A DNA stretch of 64,000 nucleotides from positions 102,178,001-102,242,000 of the forward strand of contig NW_024704742.1 of the NCBI RefSeq assembly GCF_018977255.1, given 5' to 3'. Positions 37,493-50,899 of the stretch are shown in pieces; position 1 is the first letter of the stretch; every line of letters begins with the position of its first letter. Below the pieces are notes generated by a model. It worked only from the letters and a program-made list of their open reading frames with translations, had not been told where the DNA came from and ran no database searches. Source of the DNA: Callorhinchus milii. Its lineage: Eukaryota. Position numbers and translations under genes: made by a program.

Positions 37493-38339
37493 CGTGGTTG
37501 TAATGGAAAAGACTCCGTTCGTTAACATTTCTTTAAGTGCAAAAATCGAACATGGATATTCCAAGAGGATTTCACTGAAATTTGAGACCTAGTTTCTTAG
37601 GTCTCTTCCAAGTCTCTTCCAACTGGACTATTAAGACTATTATTTTCTTGGATCAGAATAGCCACTGTGTGAAAAAAAAACAAATGAGACAGTGGGGGAA
37701 AGCAAACTGATGAAGCTAGTTTGCTTGCAAAGAAGCCAGTCAAAAACCTCCATAATTTTCTAAAAAATCTAAGGTAAAATTGGGCTAAATCTCTTTTAAT
37801 CTAGTAATATTAGAGAAGCAGTAATGTAGTGATCTGTTATTTGTTGCCTTGTTTGTAAGGCACTCCCAGTTAGATTGACTCTGGAAGTCAGAAAGGTACA
37901 TTGAATTGAACAACCCTGCAGAGATTAGCTGAGATGGGGCTGGGGAAATTACTTTTATTTCTTTAGTGATGGGCACAGATGATGAATGTTGTACGAACTT
38001 GCAGGCCCGGGATCCAAAAGTTTAAGTGAGATCACATTTGGGCAATTACAAAAGTAGGTTGATGCACTCACAAATTCTTACTAAATTATTCTTTAGTCCT
38101 GAAACTAGGTGATTTGTTTTGCTTTCCTCTTATTATTTTTACTGTTGCCTCATTCAGCTTTGCTTTCCTTTCAACCTGCTGTTGATTATTTTGGTTGCCA
38201 AGGATTGTGATACTGTTTTTTCTTATGGAATAGACTATGTGTGATAAGGACACGGTTAAAGAGTAATTTTAGCAAGAAACATCCTTTCTGTATGTCCTCT
38301 CTTTAAAAAAAATGGAAGATATTATACATTGCTGACAAC

Positions 38340-38461
38340 CATCAAACCCTTTTGAAGCAGGTATAGCACCCAGCCAGTTCCAGAGTAAAGCTCTTCATTT
38401 CAACCTCAGATGCGCAATGTACCAGTGTGAAGTTTCAATTTCTCACACCAGCTATCCTTCT
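38340..38461 (-). repeat. Right arm of the dispersed inverted repeat
   Basis: CAGGTATAGCACCCAGCCAGTTCCAGAGTAAA and TTTCTCACACCAGCTATCCTTCT complement 37372-37492. Confidence 0.8.
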
Positions 38462-39821
38462 ATGAACCACCCTTGGATACCTTTTGTGTTCTTGCTGTGC
38501 CATATTAGGTCTAACTCATGATGTTCAAAAAGAACGGTGGGGGGAGCCTTGATCATGGCTTTGTCTCACATTTGTATCCGCCGAGTAATGAATTGTGAAT
38601 ATCTAAGAAACACCAACGTGTGTTGGGGGAGGGTTCTCTGACTCTGGACATCTTGCTCTCCTCTGTATTGTAGGGCCTGGTCAGCCACAGTGAAATTTCT
38701 CTTTACCCTGTATATTGCTACCTCAAACTGTTTCGAAATGGTAAATGACAAGTCACACAACACCCTTCCTTAGGTTTCTTTCAGTTTCCTCCTTGGCAAT
38801 GTTTATGCTATCCCAGGAGTGCATGTGCTGCTTGTTTTTATGATTACACCAGGCTTTAGCTACATGATGACTTTTCAGACCTATGACACTTAATCCAGGT
38901 CACAAAATTGCCAGATGAATCTTATGGTGAAGTGTGGTAATGTTATATTGCATTTATTGTGTTTGGAACACGGACTGTGGCTGAAGGGACCCAGACAGGG
39001 AGTTATCACCAAGAAAGATCCTTTCTGATAAGCAAGACTATTGACTCAGACACGTGCTGCTGAATATCTAACCCAATTCTTCCACCAGACATCAAAAACT
39101 CAGATTATTGCAGTCACAACAAAATAGCAAGAGCTAAATCCAGGAGTAACAGTGGAACATTGAAACTTTGTTATTATTAAAATTCTTCCTGATACAATTT
39201 TACAAGCAAATCGCGATGGCCAATGTTCCAGGTTTTTACTTTTGTAAGCTGAGGTCTATTGTACCTTCTTTGTAAAATAATTTCAATAACTTCTTTTTTA
39301 ACATTAAACTGTAGATATATGAACATCTGATGTGCGTTACACATGGATGGAAGCAATTAACAATAATGGCACCTTTTAGGAGAGAAAAGCTCCATTGCTG
39401 AGCAGATTGCTTCATAAGCAGCAAGGACCGTATGTTCAGCAATTTCTGACAACAGGAGTTTCCTGCTCCAAGTGAAAATAAAAGTTGATTTATGTTTTTA
39501 AAACTGAGTTCAAAGAATTTCTGCTGTTCTTTCTTTCTATGTTTATATAACTATTAATTTATTTAAATAGGGTTGTACCCAATTCAGACATTCTTGATTT
39601 AAGGAGTAATGCAAGTCGCAATTCACGCTACAAAGTGCTTAATAGATATTCACAATGGAGGGGCTTATATTTTATTATGTGTGGCTATTTTTTGAACTTT
39701 CCATGGGGGGGAAACTTAGTCTTAGGGTTCTGGCATGTGTGGTTATGTAATTCATGTTGCCTCTGGCAAGAAATTAAGGTTTGAACATTTCCGTGCAGTG
39801 GTTTGCTTTCAGGGTGCTTAT

Positions 39822-39915
39822 AAAATAACAATAATAATCCTTGCATTTGATATAGCGCCTTTAGCATCGGGAGAACATATCAATGGACGTTACAGGATTT
39901 AATGTATTTTGTAGG
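39822..39915 (-). mobile_element. SINE tail fragment
   Basis: AATAATAATCCTTGCATTTGATATAGCGCCTTT. Confidence 0.75.
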
Positions 39916-40817
39916 CATTTTGGTATCAACTGAGCTTTATTTCTTAAGACTGTGGAATGAAGACGTTGGGTTGTTTCCCAAACAGGAAAAAATCAGGATA
40001 TTAAATTAATACTACACAATTTAAATAGCAGATACCAAGGAACAGTTTGAAAGCAGTAATTCAATTTGGGTGTTGAGGGGTCAAGATGAAGTTATAAAGC
40101 ACTTGAAGTTCTCTCTCAGTTCATGGCATGATCTGAATTCTTTGATTGGATTATTTGCCTTGTAATCGCAGCAGGTTCCTATTACTTTCTCCGAGCTGGG
40201 ATTATTTGTTTTTCAGATGTAACACAGTTTGGCGAGCGGTGATCCATTTAGAAAAAGGGATAATTAAATTTAAAAATCCTTCCTTATTTAGACCTTAATT
40301 TGTTAAATTAAAACCTTTTTTGAAGATTATAATGGCAAAATGCTGCTTGGAGCTCCATGTGAACCCAAGGTGAACTCTTGCCACTTGTGACCCCTTCATA
40401 GCCATTAGTGGCAACTCAGCACAGCAGTCTGAAGCTTTGAGCTGGATTTAAATTGTGGTTTATAGCAGAAAGCCACTCAGTTCATATTTATGTTACTTTT
40501 GGTGAGACTCGTTTTGATGCATTGCAGGATTTTATGCAAATTTGAAGTGTATGTATATTATAAATGTGCCTGTTGAAGTAAAGTGTTTGTGACATTCTGC
40601 AAGTCTGTTTTATGCACAAGGGCAATGAGTGGTCACTATGAACTAACGTCAACCTTAGGGAAAGGGATCTCTCTCGCTTGTGTTACATTCAGGATTGGGG
40701 CAGGTGAGCTTCCATTAAACAATGTGGCCCTCCTCTTACTGGCAAGGTAATACTACTTACTGGCAGGCTGATTTCTTCAACACCATCTACATAAGCACTT
40801 CCATGTTTAAAAGAATA

Positions 40818-41390
40818 TACATTTTTTTATATAGCATATCATCATGTTGGAACATGTAAAGGGCCTTGCAGTGTAGTGACTGTTTTTGTAGGCAAATGCA
40901 GCAGCTATTTTGCAAAGAGCAATACCCACAAATAGCCTCGAGAAAGGAGTTTCTCCCTGTGTTCTGATCAACCATGCCCAAATAAAAATTGAAAATTCAC
41001 TTCATGACTGTGGGACATTGCTGTGTGGAAAATGTCTACCATGTTTGCCTGCAAACACACAGTTAATACACTTTACAGTAAAACCTGTGAAGTTCTTCGG
41101 GACGTCTTCATGACGTAAAAGACGCTATAGCAAAAAGAAGTATTATTATGTGCACAGCCAATTTATCTGGAAGATTGTTAGCAAGAACATCAGGAGAAAC
41201 TTCTTTTGAGTAATTTATGTCCACCTGAAAAACAGACAAACTGAACCCCAATATAATGACTTGTCCAAAGGACAGCACTTTACAACTACAACTTCTGGCA
41301 ATGCAGCACTTTCCTAGTACAGCACTCGAGTGTCAGCCTAGGTTACACTGTGGCTTGTGTAGTTCAGAAGTGTAATGCAAAATGGTACTA
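40818..41390 (-). mobile_element. Old DeuSINE (minus) split by a plus-strand DeuSINE fragment (~40940-41149)
   Basis: Minus Deu part 40818-40938 and 41155-41390; plus part GACTGTGGGACATTGCTGTG..GGGACGTCTTCATGACGTAAAAGACGC. Confidence 0.7.
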
Positions 41391-41759
41391 AGTGTTTTGG
41401 AAGAACTAATTTTATGTCTCCTGTTTCACTCAGCTACAAGCACATTTGCCTATATGGGAAGGAAATCAGTACTAGGGGTGTCACACTCACAGCAGGAAGT
41501 GTAGTTAATATACTGCTTTAAGGAATTAAATGGCAATTAATAAAAGGCCAATGAAATAGTAGAAAAGGATCCTGGGAAGGGAACCAGGATGTGGGTTTAT
41601 GTTGGAAGTGTGTCTTATGATAGTGAGCAGAGAATAAAGGAATTGCTTAATACACTTAATAGTGGTGTGGACTGAGAGTCATTGCAGTAAGCAGAGAGAT
41701 AGATTCAAGTTGTCCTAATTCAATGATGCTCATTGGTTTCCTTAAAAGTGGAGTCAACG

Positions 41760-42065
41760 CATTTTTTAGGAAGGAGAGTTGGACAGGAGGTCAGGAGACA
41801 TTGTGGAGAATAGTTTTAGAGAGCAGGAGTAAAGAGGTTGAAAGCTCAGCTGCCAGTGGTGGGATAGTGAGTGATGAGCAGCAGACCACACATGAAGAAG
41901 CAGAGCATTGGAGCTGGAGGAGGGTTCAGAGATAAGGCAAGAGGATGGAGGGATTTAAAAGTCAGGATGAAGATCTTGGAAGTCAATCTGATGGAAATGA
42001 TGGGCACCTGAAGCATGGTACAAAGAAAATATGGGTTGCAGATTAGTGGATGAGCTGAAGCATTT
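41760..42065 (-). mobile_element. Old L2 ORF2 C-terminal fragment
   Basis: KIFILTFKSLHPLA on the minus strand. Confidence 0.6.
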
Positions 42066-42321
42066 GGTGGATTGTTAAGAAACCTGGCACGTACAAACTG
42101 TCTGATATCACAGTGCAATAGAGCTGCTGAATATCTATAGATATATACTAATAAAACGACAATGTTTGTCTGCGCTTCAAGAAGGATTCTCAATAACCGA
42201 TTAACGTAGAGACATGATTTATACCTCATTGGAAAGGTCTTACAACTGGAAGTGATGTGGGCATATTTGTTTTTGGGCATCTCCTATCGTTCAGCAGTTA
42301 TTTTCAGTTATGCTTTTTTTG

Positions 42322-42540
42322 CTGCAGTCACACCTGGTGGCCACCAGTCAAAGTGATGCTGTGGCATCCTGTGTCGCAGGACACACTGCAGTTACACCTG
42401 GTAGCTGCCGAGTCAAAGTGACACTGCCGCATTGTGCGTCACAGAGCACCTACATATGTGTGCACACACTGTAGTTACACCTGGTGGCCACGCCGGCTGA
42501 CCGTGGAGCTGTGGCATCCTGCGTCACAGAGCACGCATGT
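42322..42540 (+). repeat. Imperfect tandem repeat, 3 units of ~65-85 bp
   Basis: CTG(C/T)AGT(C/T)ACACCTGGT at ~42322, 42386 and 42469; GCTGTGGCATCCTG and GCGTCACAGAGCAC recur. Confidence 0.85.
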
Positions 42541-43132
42541 AGCCAAGTGGCGGAAACAAAATAAAGAACACAGACGAAGCTAAGCGGCGACAACCACAAC
42601 AAAATTACATTTTTGAAGTGCCAAGTCCTCCCACTGAGTCCTCCCGAAAGGAATCCTCCTACAGGAGTTCTCCCAGATAAGTATAGATGAAGATAAAATG
42701 TCTGTCTGTGTGTCAATCTACATTCTATACTGGATCCTTTGATGCAAGCGTAGTTGCAATGGGTAGAGCTAGTACCAATATAAACTACAAAAAGTGGAGG
42801 CATTATTCTGTGGCATTTAAATCCATTTGGACTAGAGCCAGTTCCAACTAAATCAAACTGCATTTGTTAAAGAAAGGCAGGCATGATATTATCCTCCAAG
42901 CATAACAGACTTTGGGACTTTCAGTTCTGAGCTGGTCATTTTTGTCTGCTGGGCTGTGAAGGTTGGTCATTGGATTCATTAGTCACTGCTTACTGCAGAT
43001 GCCTGTAGTAAGGATAAATTATCTCACCAATTAGTGTCACCTGGAAATATAAATTAAATACATTAAAATAATTTCAGTTTCCTGTTAATGGGGAGAATTT
43101 CCCATTATAAAACTCTAAGTTAAGCCACTTCC

Positions 43133-44358
43133 TTCACGATCCCCTTCCAATTAGGCTTCCCACAGCACAGAAACGGCCAAGGTCAAAGTGACAAATGACC
43201 TTCAGTCCATCTGCGACCAGGGCTCCCTCTGCCTTGTCCTCCTTGACCTCCCTGCTGCCTTCGACCCAGTTGACCACTCTATCCCCATCCACTGCCTCTC
43301 CTCTCACCTCAACCTTCACGACTCTGTCCTTGACTGGTTCAGATCGTACCTCTCACACCGTCTCCATTTCATCTCCACAAATTTCTCCCCTAGCCCCCGC
43401 ACCATCTAGTGCGGCATTCCTCAGGGCTCTACCTCTCTGCCTCCACCCTTGAACCAAGACCATTGCTGTCCTGTCGGAATGTCTGTCAGACATCAAGTCC
43501 GGGATGAGAGCTAACTTTCTTCATTGAACCTCAACAAGACCGAGGATCTCCTGATTGGCTCCCGTCAGCGCCTCCACACCTCAGGCGCTGACAGCTTCAT
43601 CATCCATGGGTGTACACTCCACCTAACTAAGCCAGTCTGGAACCTTGGGGTCTTGTTTGACCTTCAACTATCCTTTCTACCCCACATCCGTGTCATGACC
43701 CACTCTGCCTCCCCCACTTCCGCAATATTGCCCGGCTCCGACACTGTCTCACACCGTAGGCCGCTGAGACCCTGATCTACGCTTTTATTACGTCCTGGCT
43801 TGACTATGCCAACTGCCTGGTCACTGGGCTTCCCAACTGTTTGATCCGCAAGCTGCAGATTATTCAGAACTCTGCAGGCCGTGTCCTCTCGTGCACCAAG
43901 CTCCGGGAACCTATCACCCCAGTTCTTGCCCGGCTTCACTGGCTCCCCGTTCCTCAGAGAATCAAGTACAAAAACCTTGTTCTTACCTGCAAGGCCCTCC
44001 TCTCCAACCTCATAACCCCATATCAGCCTGTTCGCTCCCTCCGCTTGACGGATTCCAACCCGCTTCAGGTTCCCCCCACTTCCAGCCCCACTATTGGCGA
44101 TTGGGCAATCAGCATCTCTGTCACCACGCTCTGAAACTATATCCCGCTATCCCTCACCTCAACCCCCTCTTGCCTCCTTCAAGTCCCGTCTGAGGACCTT
44201 CTTCTTCGACCGTGCCTTTGGTCACCCTTCCACCCCCTTGCCCTCCTCCCCTTCTGACTCCAACTCCCAGCACGGGTCCAAAACCCCTGATTGTTCAGCT
44301 CCCTGGGACATCTATCTGATGTGAAGAACACTGTACAAGTGTAATTTGTTGTTGTTGT
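43133..44358 (+). mobile_element. L2 LINE RT-to-tail fragment with internal deletion
   Basis: LCLVLLDLPAAFDPVDHSI, LNLNKTE, ITPVLARLHWLPVPQRIKYK, (GTT)n. Confidence 0.93.
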
Positions 44359-45240
44359 AACTTCTCCAAGTTATTATTATTATGTCAGAAAACTATTTTG
44401 AATTGTTACTTGTTAAGAATTTATTTTCCATCCAAGTGCCTTAATGACTAATCATGTCATACAACCAGCCCATTTGTGACCTGGGGACTGCTGCTCTGAG
44501 GCTGGTTTATCATTGTTCAGATTGCCAGTGAGAGGGATTGAAGGAATGATTGAATCACAGATTTTGCTGCTGTCTGAAATCATACTGGTAGGGGAAATTA
44601 CCTCTTAACATTCACTTGAGGTAAACTAATATCAAACTTGTAACATTTTATTAAATTTTCCACACTAAGAATATTGAGGAAGCGCTTTTCCTCTCCTGTC
44701 TGATCAGTATTATATCTTTTTCGGATAGGTGACTCAGACTTGATCTCATGCCAGATCAGATAGGAGCAAGCAGTCTGACTGCATCTTTGCAGAATCTAAA
44801 TGTCATTGATTGAATTTAACTTGACTCGAGTGCTGATCCATTTGAGCATCACTGAAAAGCCTCAAGTCTATACACTCTGGTTTGATGATTTTCTATAAGT
44901 TGATCTGTGCAACTGTATGAAGTATATTTTTTGAAAATTGATATTATTTTAAATCGTCTTTAGAATCTTTTTTTAGTATAAGATGGAATAACAACAGGGT
45001 ACAGCTAGAGACTGATCACAAAGATTAATGTGTTACAAAAGTGAACCCAATGGTTGCTCAGAACACAGAAACTCTTGGAGTCATTGTATTGGGTAGCACT
45101 GTAAACAGCCCTGTATTTTCTATAACTTAATCCAAGGCCCCAGTAATCTTCTACAGCAAAGTGGTGATAGGGTAGTGGTGTTAAATGTGGGTTTGGAACT
45201 TGAGTTTGCACGGAAATTGTAAGACTATTGATTCCTGTGA

Positions 45241-48200
45241 AATCATAGAATATTGCAGCACAGAAGGAGGTCATTTGGTCCATCATGCCTGTGTCGGCTC
45301 TTTGGAAGAGCTACCCAATCAGTCCCACTCCCTCATTCTTTCCCCATACCCTTGCAAGTTTTTCCTTTTCACGTATCTATCCAATTCCCTTTTGAATCTG
45401 TTTCCACCATCATTTCAGGCAGTGCATTGCAAACTGTAGCAACTGTGTTTAAAAAAAAATTCTCCTAATTTTGCCTCTGGTTCTTTTGCCAATTATCTTG
45501 AATCTATGTCCCCAGGTTACCAACCCACCTGTAAATGGAAACAGTTTTTCCCCTATCAGAACCCTTTCTACTCTATCAACATCCCTCATAATTTTGAATA
45601 CCTCTGTTAAATCTCCCCTTAGCCTTCTCTGATCTAAGGAGAACAATCACAGAATCTCTAGTCTCGCCAAACAACTAGTCCCTCATCCCTGGTACCATTC
45701 TGGTAAATTTCCTCTGCACCCTCTCCAAGGCCTTGATGTCATTCCTAGTATGGTGCCCAAAATTGGGCACAATACTCCAGTTGAGGCCTAACCAGTGACT
45801 TTTAAGGGTTCAGCAGAACTTCCTTGCTTTTGTACTAATGTCTGTATTTATAAAGCCAAGGATCTCATTAGCTTTTTTAACAGCTCTATCAACCTGCACT
45901 GTGACCTGTGCATATGAACTCCCAGGTTTCTCTGCTCCGAAACTACCATTTAATGTATATTTTCTCTCTTCATTCTTCCTCCCAAAATGCATCACCTCAC
46001 ATTTCTCTGCATTAAATTTCATCTACCATGTGTCTGCCCATTTTGCCAATCTGTCTATGTCCTCCTGCAGTCTGCTGCTATCCTCGTCACTGTTTACTAC
46101 ATTCCCTAGTTTTGTGTTCATCTGCAAACTTTTAACATTTTGCTCTCTGTACCTAAGTCCAAGTCATTTATGTATATCAAAAAAAGCAGTGGACCTAACA
46201 CTGGACTTAATACTGACCATTGGGAAACACCACTGTATACTTCCCTGCAGTCTGAAAAACAACCATTCACCATTACCCTCTGCTTTCTCTCTCACAGCCA
46301 ATTTTGTATCCATGCTGCCACTGTCCCTTTTATCCCATGGGCTTCAATTTTGCTAACTAGTCTTATTATGTGGCACCTTGTCAAATGCCTTGTGAAAGTC
46401 GATATACATTACATCAACTGTACTTAAGTTCATCAGACACGATTTGCCTTTAACAAATCCATGTTGACTGTCATGAATTAACATGTTTTTCCAAGTGAAA
46501 ATTTATTTTGTCCCGGATTATGGTCTCTAGAAGATTCCCCACCACTGACGTTAGGCTGACTGACCTGTAGTTACCAGGTTTATCCCTTTCTCCATTTTTG
46601 AACAGGGATGGAACATTAGCAACCCTCCAGTCCTTGGTCACTACTCCCATAATGAAGGTGGATTGAAAGATTGTGACCAGAGCCACCGTTATTTCCACCC
46701 TATCTTCCCCACCCATCCAGACCAGGTGACTTTTCTACTTTGAACGCTGCTAACCTTTTTAGTACCTCATCTCTTATCTATTTTTATCCCATCCAATTTC
46801 TCTACCCCCTGCTCCTTCACTGTGACATTGGCAGCATCCTCTTTTGTGAAGACAGAAGCAAAGTACTCATTCAGTATCTCAGCCAAGCCCTCTGCCTCCA
46901 CAAAAAGTTTTCCTTTATGATTCCTAATTGGCCCCACCCTTCCTTTGATCATCCTTTTACTCTTTATATGTTTATAGAAGACTTTAGTGTTCCCTTTTAT
47001 GTTATCTGCTAATTGTTCTCATACCCTCTCTTTACCCCTCTTATTTCCTTTTTGCGTTCTCCTCTGCACTTTCTGTATTCTGCTTGATTCTCGAGTGTAT
47101 TTTGAACCTGACATTTATCATAAGCCTCCTTTTTCTGCTTCATAGAATTTTACAGCCCAGAAGGAGGACATTCGGCCCATCGGGTCTGTGCTGGCTCTTT
47201 TAAAAGAGCTGTTCATATCAATTCCACTCCCCCGCTCTCTCCTCATAGTCCTGCAAACTTGTCCTCTCCAAATAATAATCTAGCTACTACCCTTTAAGTT
47301 TCCAGCCCTGAGAAGCTAACTCAATAGTTTCATTTAAATCCCAATTTCCTTAGACATCCACAGAGCTCTAGCATTGGATGCTCTATCTTTCCCCCTTCAA
47401 GGGAATCTGTTTGGTCTGTACCCTAACTATCTCCTCCTTGAAGGCTTTCCATTGCTTGTTTACCGTTTTACCTGTCAATCTTTGTTTCCAATCCACCTGG
47501 GTCAGATCCCTTTTCAACATACTAAAATTAGTCCTATTCCAGTTGAGTATCTTCACCTTTGATTCTTCCTTGTCCCTTTCCAAAACTACTGTAAACCTAA
47601 TGATATTGTGATCACTGTTATCCAGATGCTCACCCACTGAAACCCGCTCCACTTGTCCCATTTCATTCCCCATGACTAGATTCAGCACTTCCTCATTGGG
47701 CTGGAAACATACTGATCAAGAAAGTTCTCCTGTAAATATTTCAGGAATTCTTACCCTCCATGCCCTTTACACTGTTTTCTTCCCAGTCTGTTAGGATAAT
47801 TGAAGTCCCCCATTATTACAACTCTATTGTTTTTACATCCTTCTGAAATCTGCTTGCAGATTTGCTTCCATCTCCTTCCCACTATTTGGTGGTGTAGAGT
47901 ATATATGCAGTAGAGTAACAGCTCCTCTTCTGCTCCTCAACTCTAACCAAATAGATTCCATCTTTGAACCCTCTAGCACATCATGCCTTTACAGGGTTGC
48001 AAAAGTATTTTTGATCAATACTGCCATTCTTTTTCCTTCCCTGTCCCTCCTGAACACATTGTAGCCAGAAATATTAAGATCATTATTTGAGCCATGTCTC
48101 CGTTATTGCCACTACATCATAATCCCATGTGGCAACTTGTGCCTGCAGCTCACAAGCCTTATTTGTCATGCACCGTGCATTTACGCACATGCACTCCAAA

Positions 48201-48449
48201 TCTACCTTTGTCTGCTTTGCCTTTCTCCCCTGTCTGATTGCTCCTCTTTCTGGACTCCTCTTTATTCCAAAGTTATATGTCTCTCCCAGTCCTCTATGTT
48301 CCTTGTTTCTCTTCTCTGATGTTACTTCCTGGTTGTCGTCCCCCTGCCAAATTAGTTTAAACCCTCCCCCACAGCACTGGTTAACCTCCCCTTGAGGACA
48401 GTAGTTCCAGCCCTGTTCAGGTGCAACCCATCCACCTTGTACAGGTCCC
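45241..48449 (-). mobile_element. Long degenerate CR1 LINE: ORF1 C-terminus, APE endonuclease, RT and 3' tail
   Basis: DLYKVDGLHLNRAG (~48406-48447), VNAR..DVVAITETWL, HLDNSDHNII, WRVANV..PGNYRSVSLTSVVG, FAD, MKFNAEKCEVMHFG, FSLDQRRLRGDL; many frameshifts. Confidence 0.96.
47141..47300 (-). mobile_element. Short CR1 3' end nested in the long CR1
   Basis: Matches 62704-62860; TTCAT duplicated at 47139-47143 and 47329-47333. Confidence 0.85.
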
Positions 48450-48666
48450 TGACTCCTGACAATAACTAGATGTGCATCACCAAACATGGGAAATCTGTTC
48501 TGACAAGTCCGTAAGTAAATCAATCACCGTAGAGTTCCTGTGGGATGATGTGACCCACATCTGGTTCTGTTCTTATGAATGTAGATCTCATTTACTGTAT
48601 ATTCATTATCTCTTGAAGTGACATTGGAATACTCGACATCTGGAATCTTTCTGCTCAGTATGGCTC

Positions 48667-49097
48667 ATAATAATAATAATCCTTGCCTTTGGTATAGCAC
48701 CTCGGGAAAACATTCAAAGCACTGCTTAGAATTTACTGTAAATTGAGTAACTATAAATTTGTAGTCAAGTGTGGTAGCCCAGTTGTGCACAGCAACGTCC
48801 CACAAACAGCTATGAAACAAATGACCAATGTTATTGGAGGATTCATGGCCAAAACCGTGGGAGACACTCCCTTTTCATTTTGAATAATGCCATGGAATTT
48901 TTAGTTCACCTGAACAGGCAGACATGACTTTGGTTTAACGTTTCATTTAAAGGACAACACTTTCTACAATGGAGTAGACCCCGGATTGTACAGAAGTGTC
49001 AACTTAGACTATGTTGGTTCAACAACAACAAGATGTGCTGATATGGGGCTTGAACCCACAACCTTCATGATTCAGAGGTGAGGATGCTACCAACTGA
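48667..49097 (-). mobile_element. Full-length old DeuSINE
   Basis: Tail, Deu domain, TTTAACGTTTCAT, head GCTTGAACCCACAACCTTC..GCTACCAACTGA. Confidence 0.87.
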
Positions 49098-50289
49098 CAC
49101 ACAACCTACAGAGCTGGGTTAACCACAACCACTTACTGTACAAATGACTAGGAATATGATCTCACAAATATTTATCATAAAAATTGTTTGTTAGTGATTA
49201 TTTTCTCATGTTGGTTGTATTTCAAATATTTACAAAGGAAATTTGCAGATCTTTTAATCCTCTGCACATATTTTAATCCTTGCCATATTCCTTGATGGAT
49301 TCATATTGTATTGTCTTTAATAAACAGACATCCTTTCTTATTGCAATGGCAAAAGTCACAACCAAACAAAAGATTCTTGATTAGCTGACTAACAGTTATC
49401 CTTTAGGAGAGTGAATCTTTGTGCCTAAATTAAATGAAAACATATTTGTTATTAGGAATAGTGATTTAACAAATGCAATTAAAATGCATTCATTTTAATT
49501 AAAAATAAAAATATTGACATTCAAATGCCTCTTAAGTCATGCAGCCTTTTGCAAGGTTTATACCACTCCCATTTAAAGCCAATAGTACCTGTTGAGAAAG
49601 TGATACAGTACTGATCGTACACCCCTATTCCTAACTGAGTTGGCACTTATTAGATTAGGAGAAAATTAATGTTATAACTGGAATATATAGGCCAAAAAGT
49701 AGAAGTACTTAAACTGTATTATTGATCCAGTTTTAAAAAAAATCAAATTCATTACATTGCATTGCATTCTGAATCCATGGAAGGAATTTGACCCTAATCA
49801 GAGTATTATTTATGAAAAGTAGATGAATAGATTCTAGTTCCCTATCCCCTCTATTGGTGCATTACTTTAAAATTAAGGGTGCTGTATAAATGCAAGTTGT
49901 TGTCTCGAGGAACTTGTCTCAATGGATTGATTAAGTTACTGTGTTTTTTTGTGTGATATTTGTCTAGATAGAGAGACAGAGTGAGTACGAATGAACTATT
50001 CTCCTGTGATCATTTTGCACTAAGATAGTCCAGCCTGATTTCAGTGAGTAACGATCAGTGTAAGTGACATAAAATACTCGTACAGCGGGCTCCATTGAAA
50101 CACCATAGGATAGGCAGCACAATAGAACTGAATTGTCAGCAGCAACCAAACCCACAGCAGAAATAGGCTCCCACCAGGGAGTCCTGATCTTCCCAAACAT
50201 TCCTACACAAACTGCAGCATTTCCTTATTAAAGCATCTTGTGTGCTATTCCTTTAACTTTACTAATCTTCTTCTGTATCTGTTTTGTTT

Positions 50290-50425
50290 ATAATAATAAT
50301 GATAATCCTTGCATTTGATGTAGCACCTTATCACATCTTTGAGATGTCTCAAAGCGCTTCACAGAGTATACTGTAAAGTGAATTGACTGTATATTTGTGG
50401 GTGAAACGCGGCAGCCAATTGTGCA
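50290..50425 (-). mobile_element. SINE (B-type) 3' fragment
   Basis: ATCCTTGCATTTGAT..TCTCAAAGCGCTTCACAG..CGCGGCAGCCAATTG. Confidence 0.88.
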
Positions 50426-50899
50426 TTTGTTTCCAAAGGAGTTGAACTCTGTTGGGCATTAAAAGTCTTCAAGGCCGTATCTGAAATCCCATATACTGTA
50501 TCTCCTTACATCTCCGCTATATGGACTAATGACCTCATGCCTGCCCATTTTCATCGATTTATTGCTTGAAGCAACTGCATGAATATGATTTGGTGCCTTA
50601 ACTTTACTGAACTATGGACAGCACTTGGATGTTCAGATGAAAATCACTTCTAATCCCATATTCATTAATCAGGATGATCTACTGCACAATTTCAGTCTAA
50701 AAGGCCATTACGTTGTGGAGAGGACAAATTCTCTCGGCATGTCCTTGAACTATTGTTTTAAAGTTTAAGATTAAAAATTTCCGATAGACCTAAAATCCAG
50801 CTCGCAGACCACAAATAGCATTGGCCTTGATTCTGTTTTTCCTCCTCATCAGCAAACGAGGGTGAGGAATACTTCTTCACACTAAGTGCAGCTATTTTG

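Noticed and set aside
42322..42540. CRISPR-like array
   Set aside because: Vertebrate context; the intervening sequences resemble one another and the repeats are degenerate.
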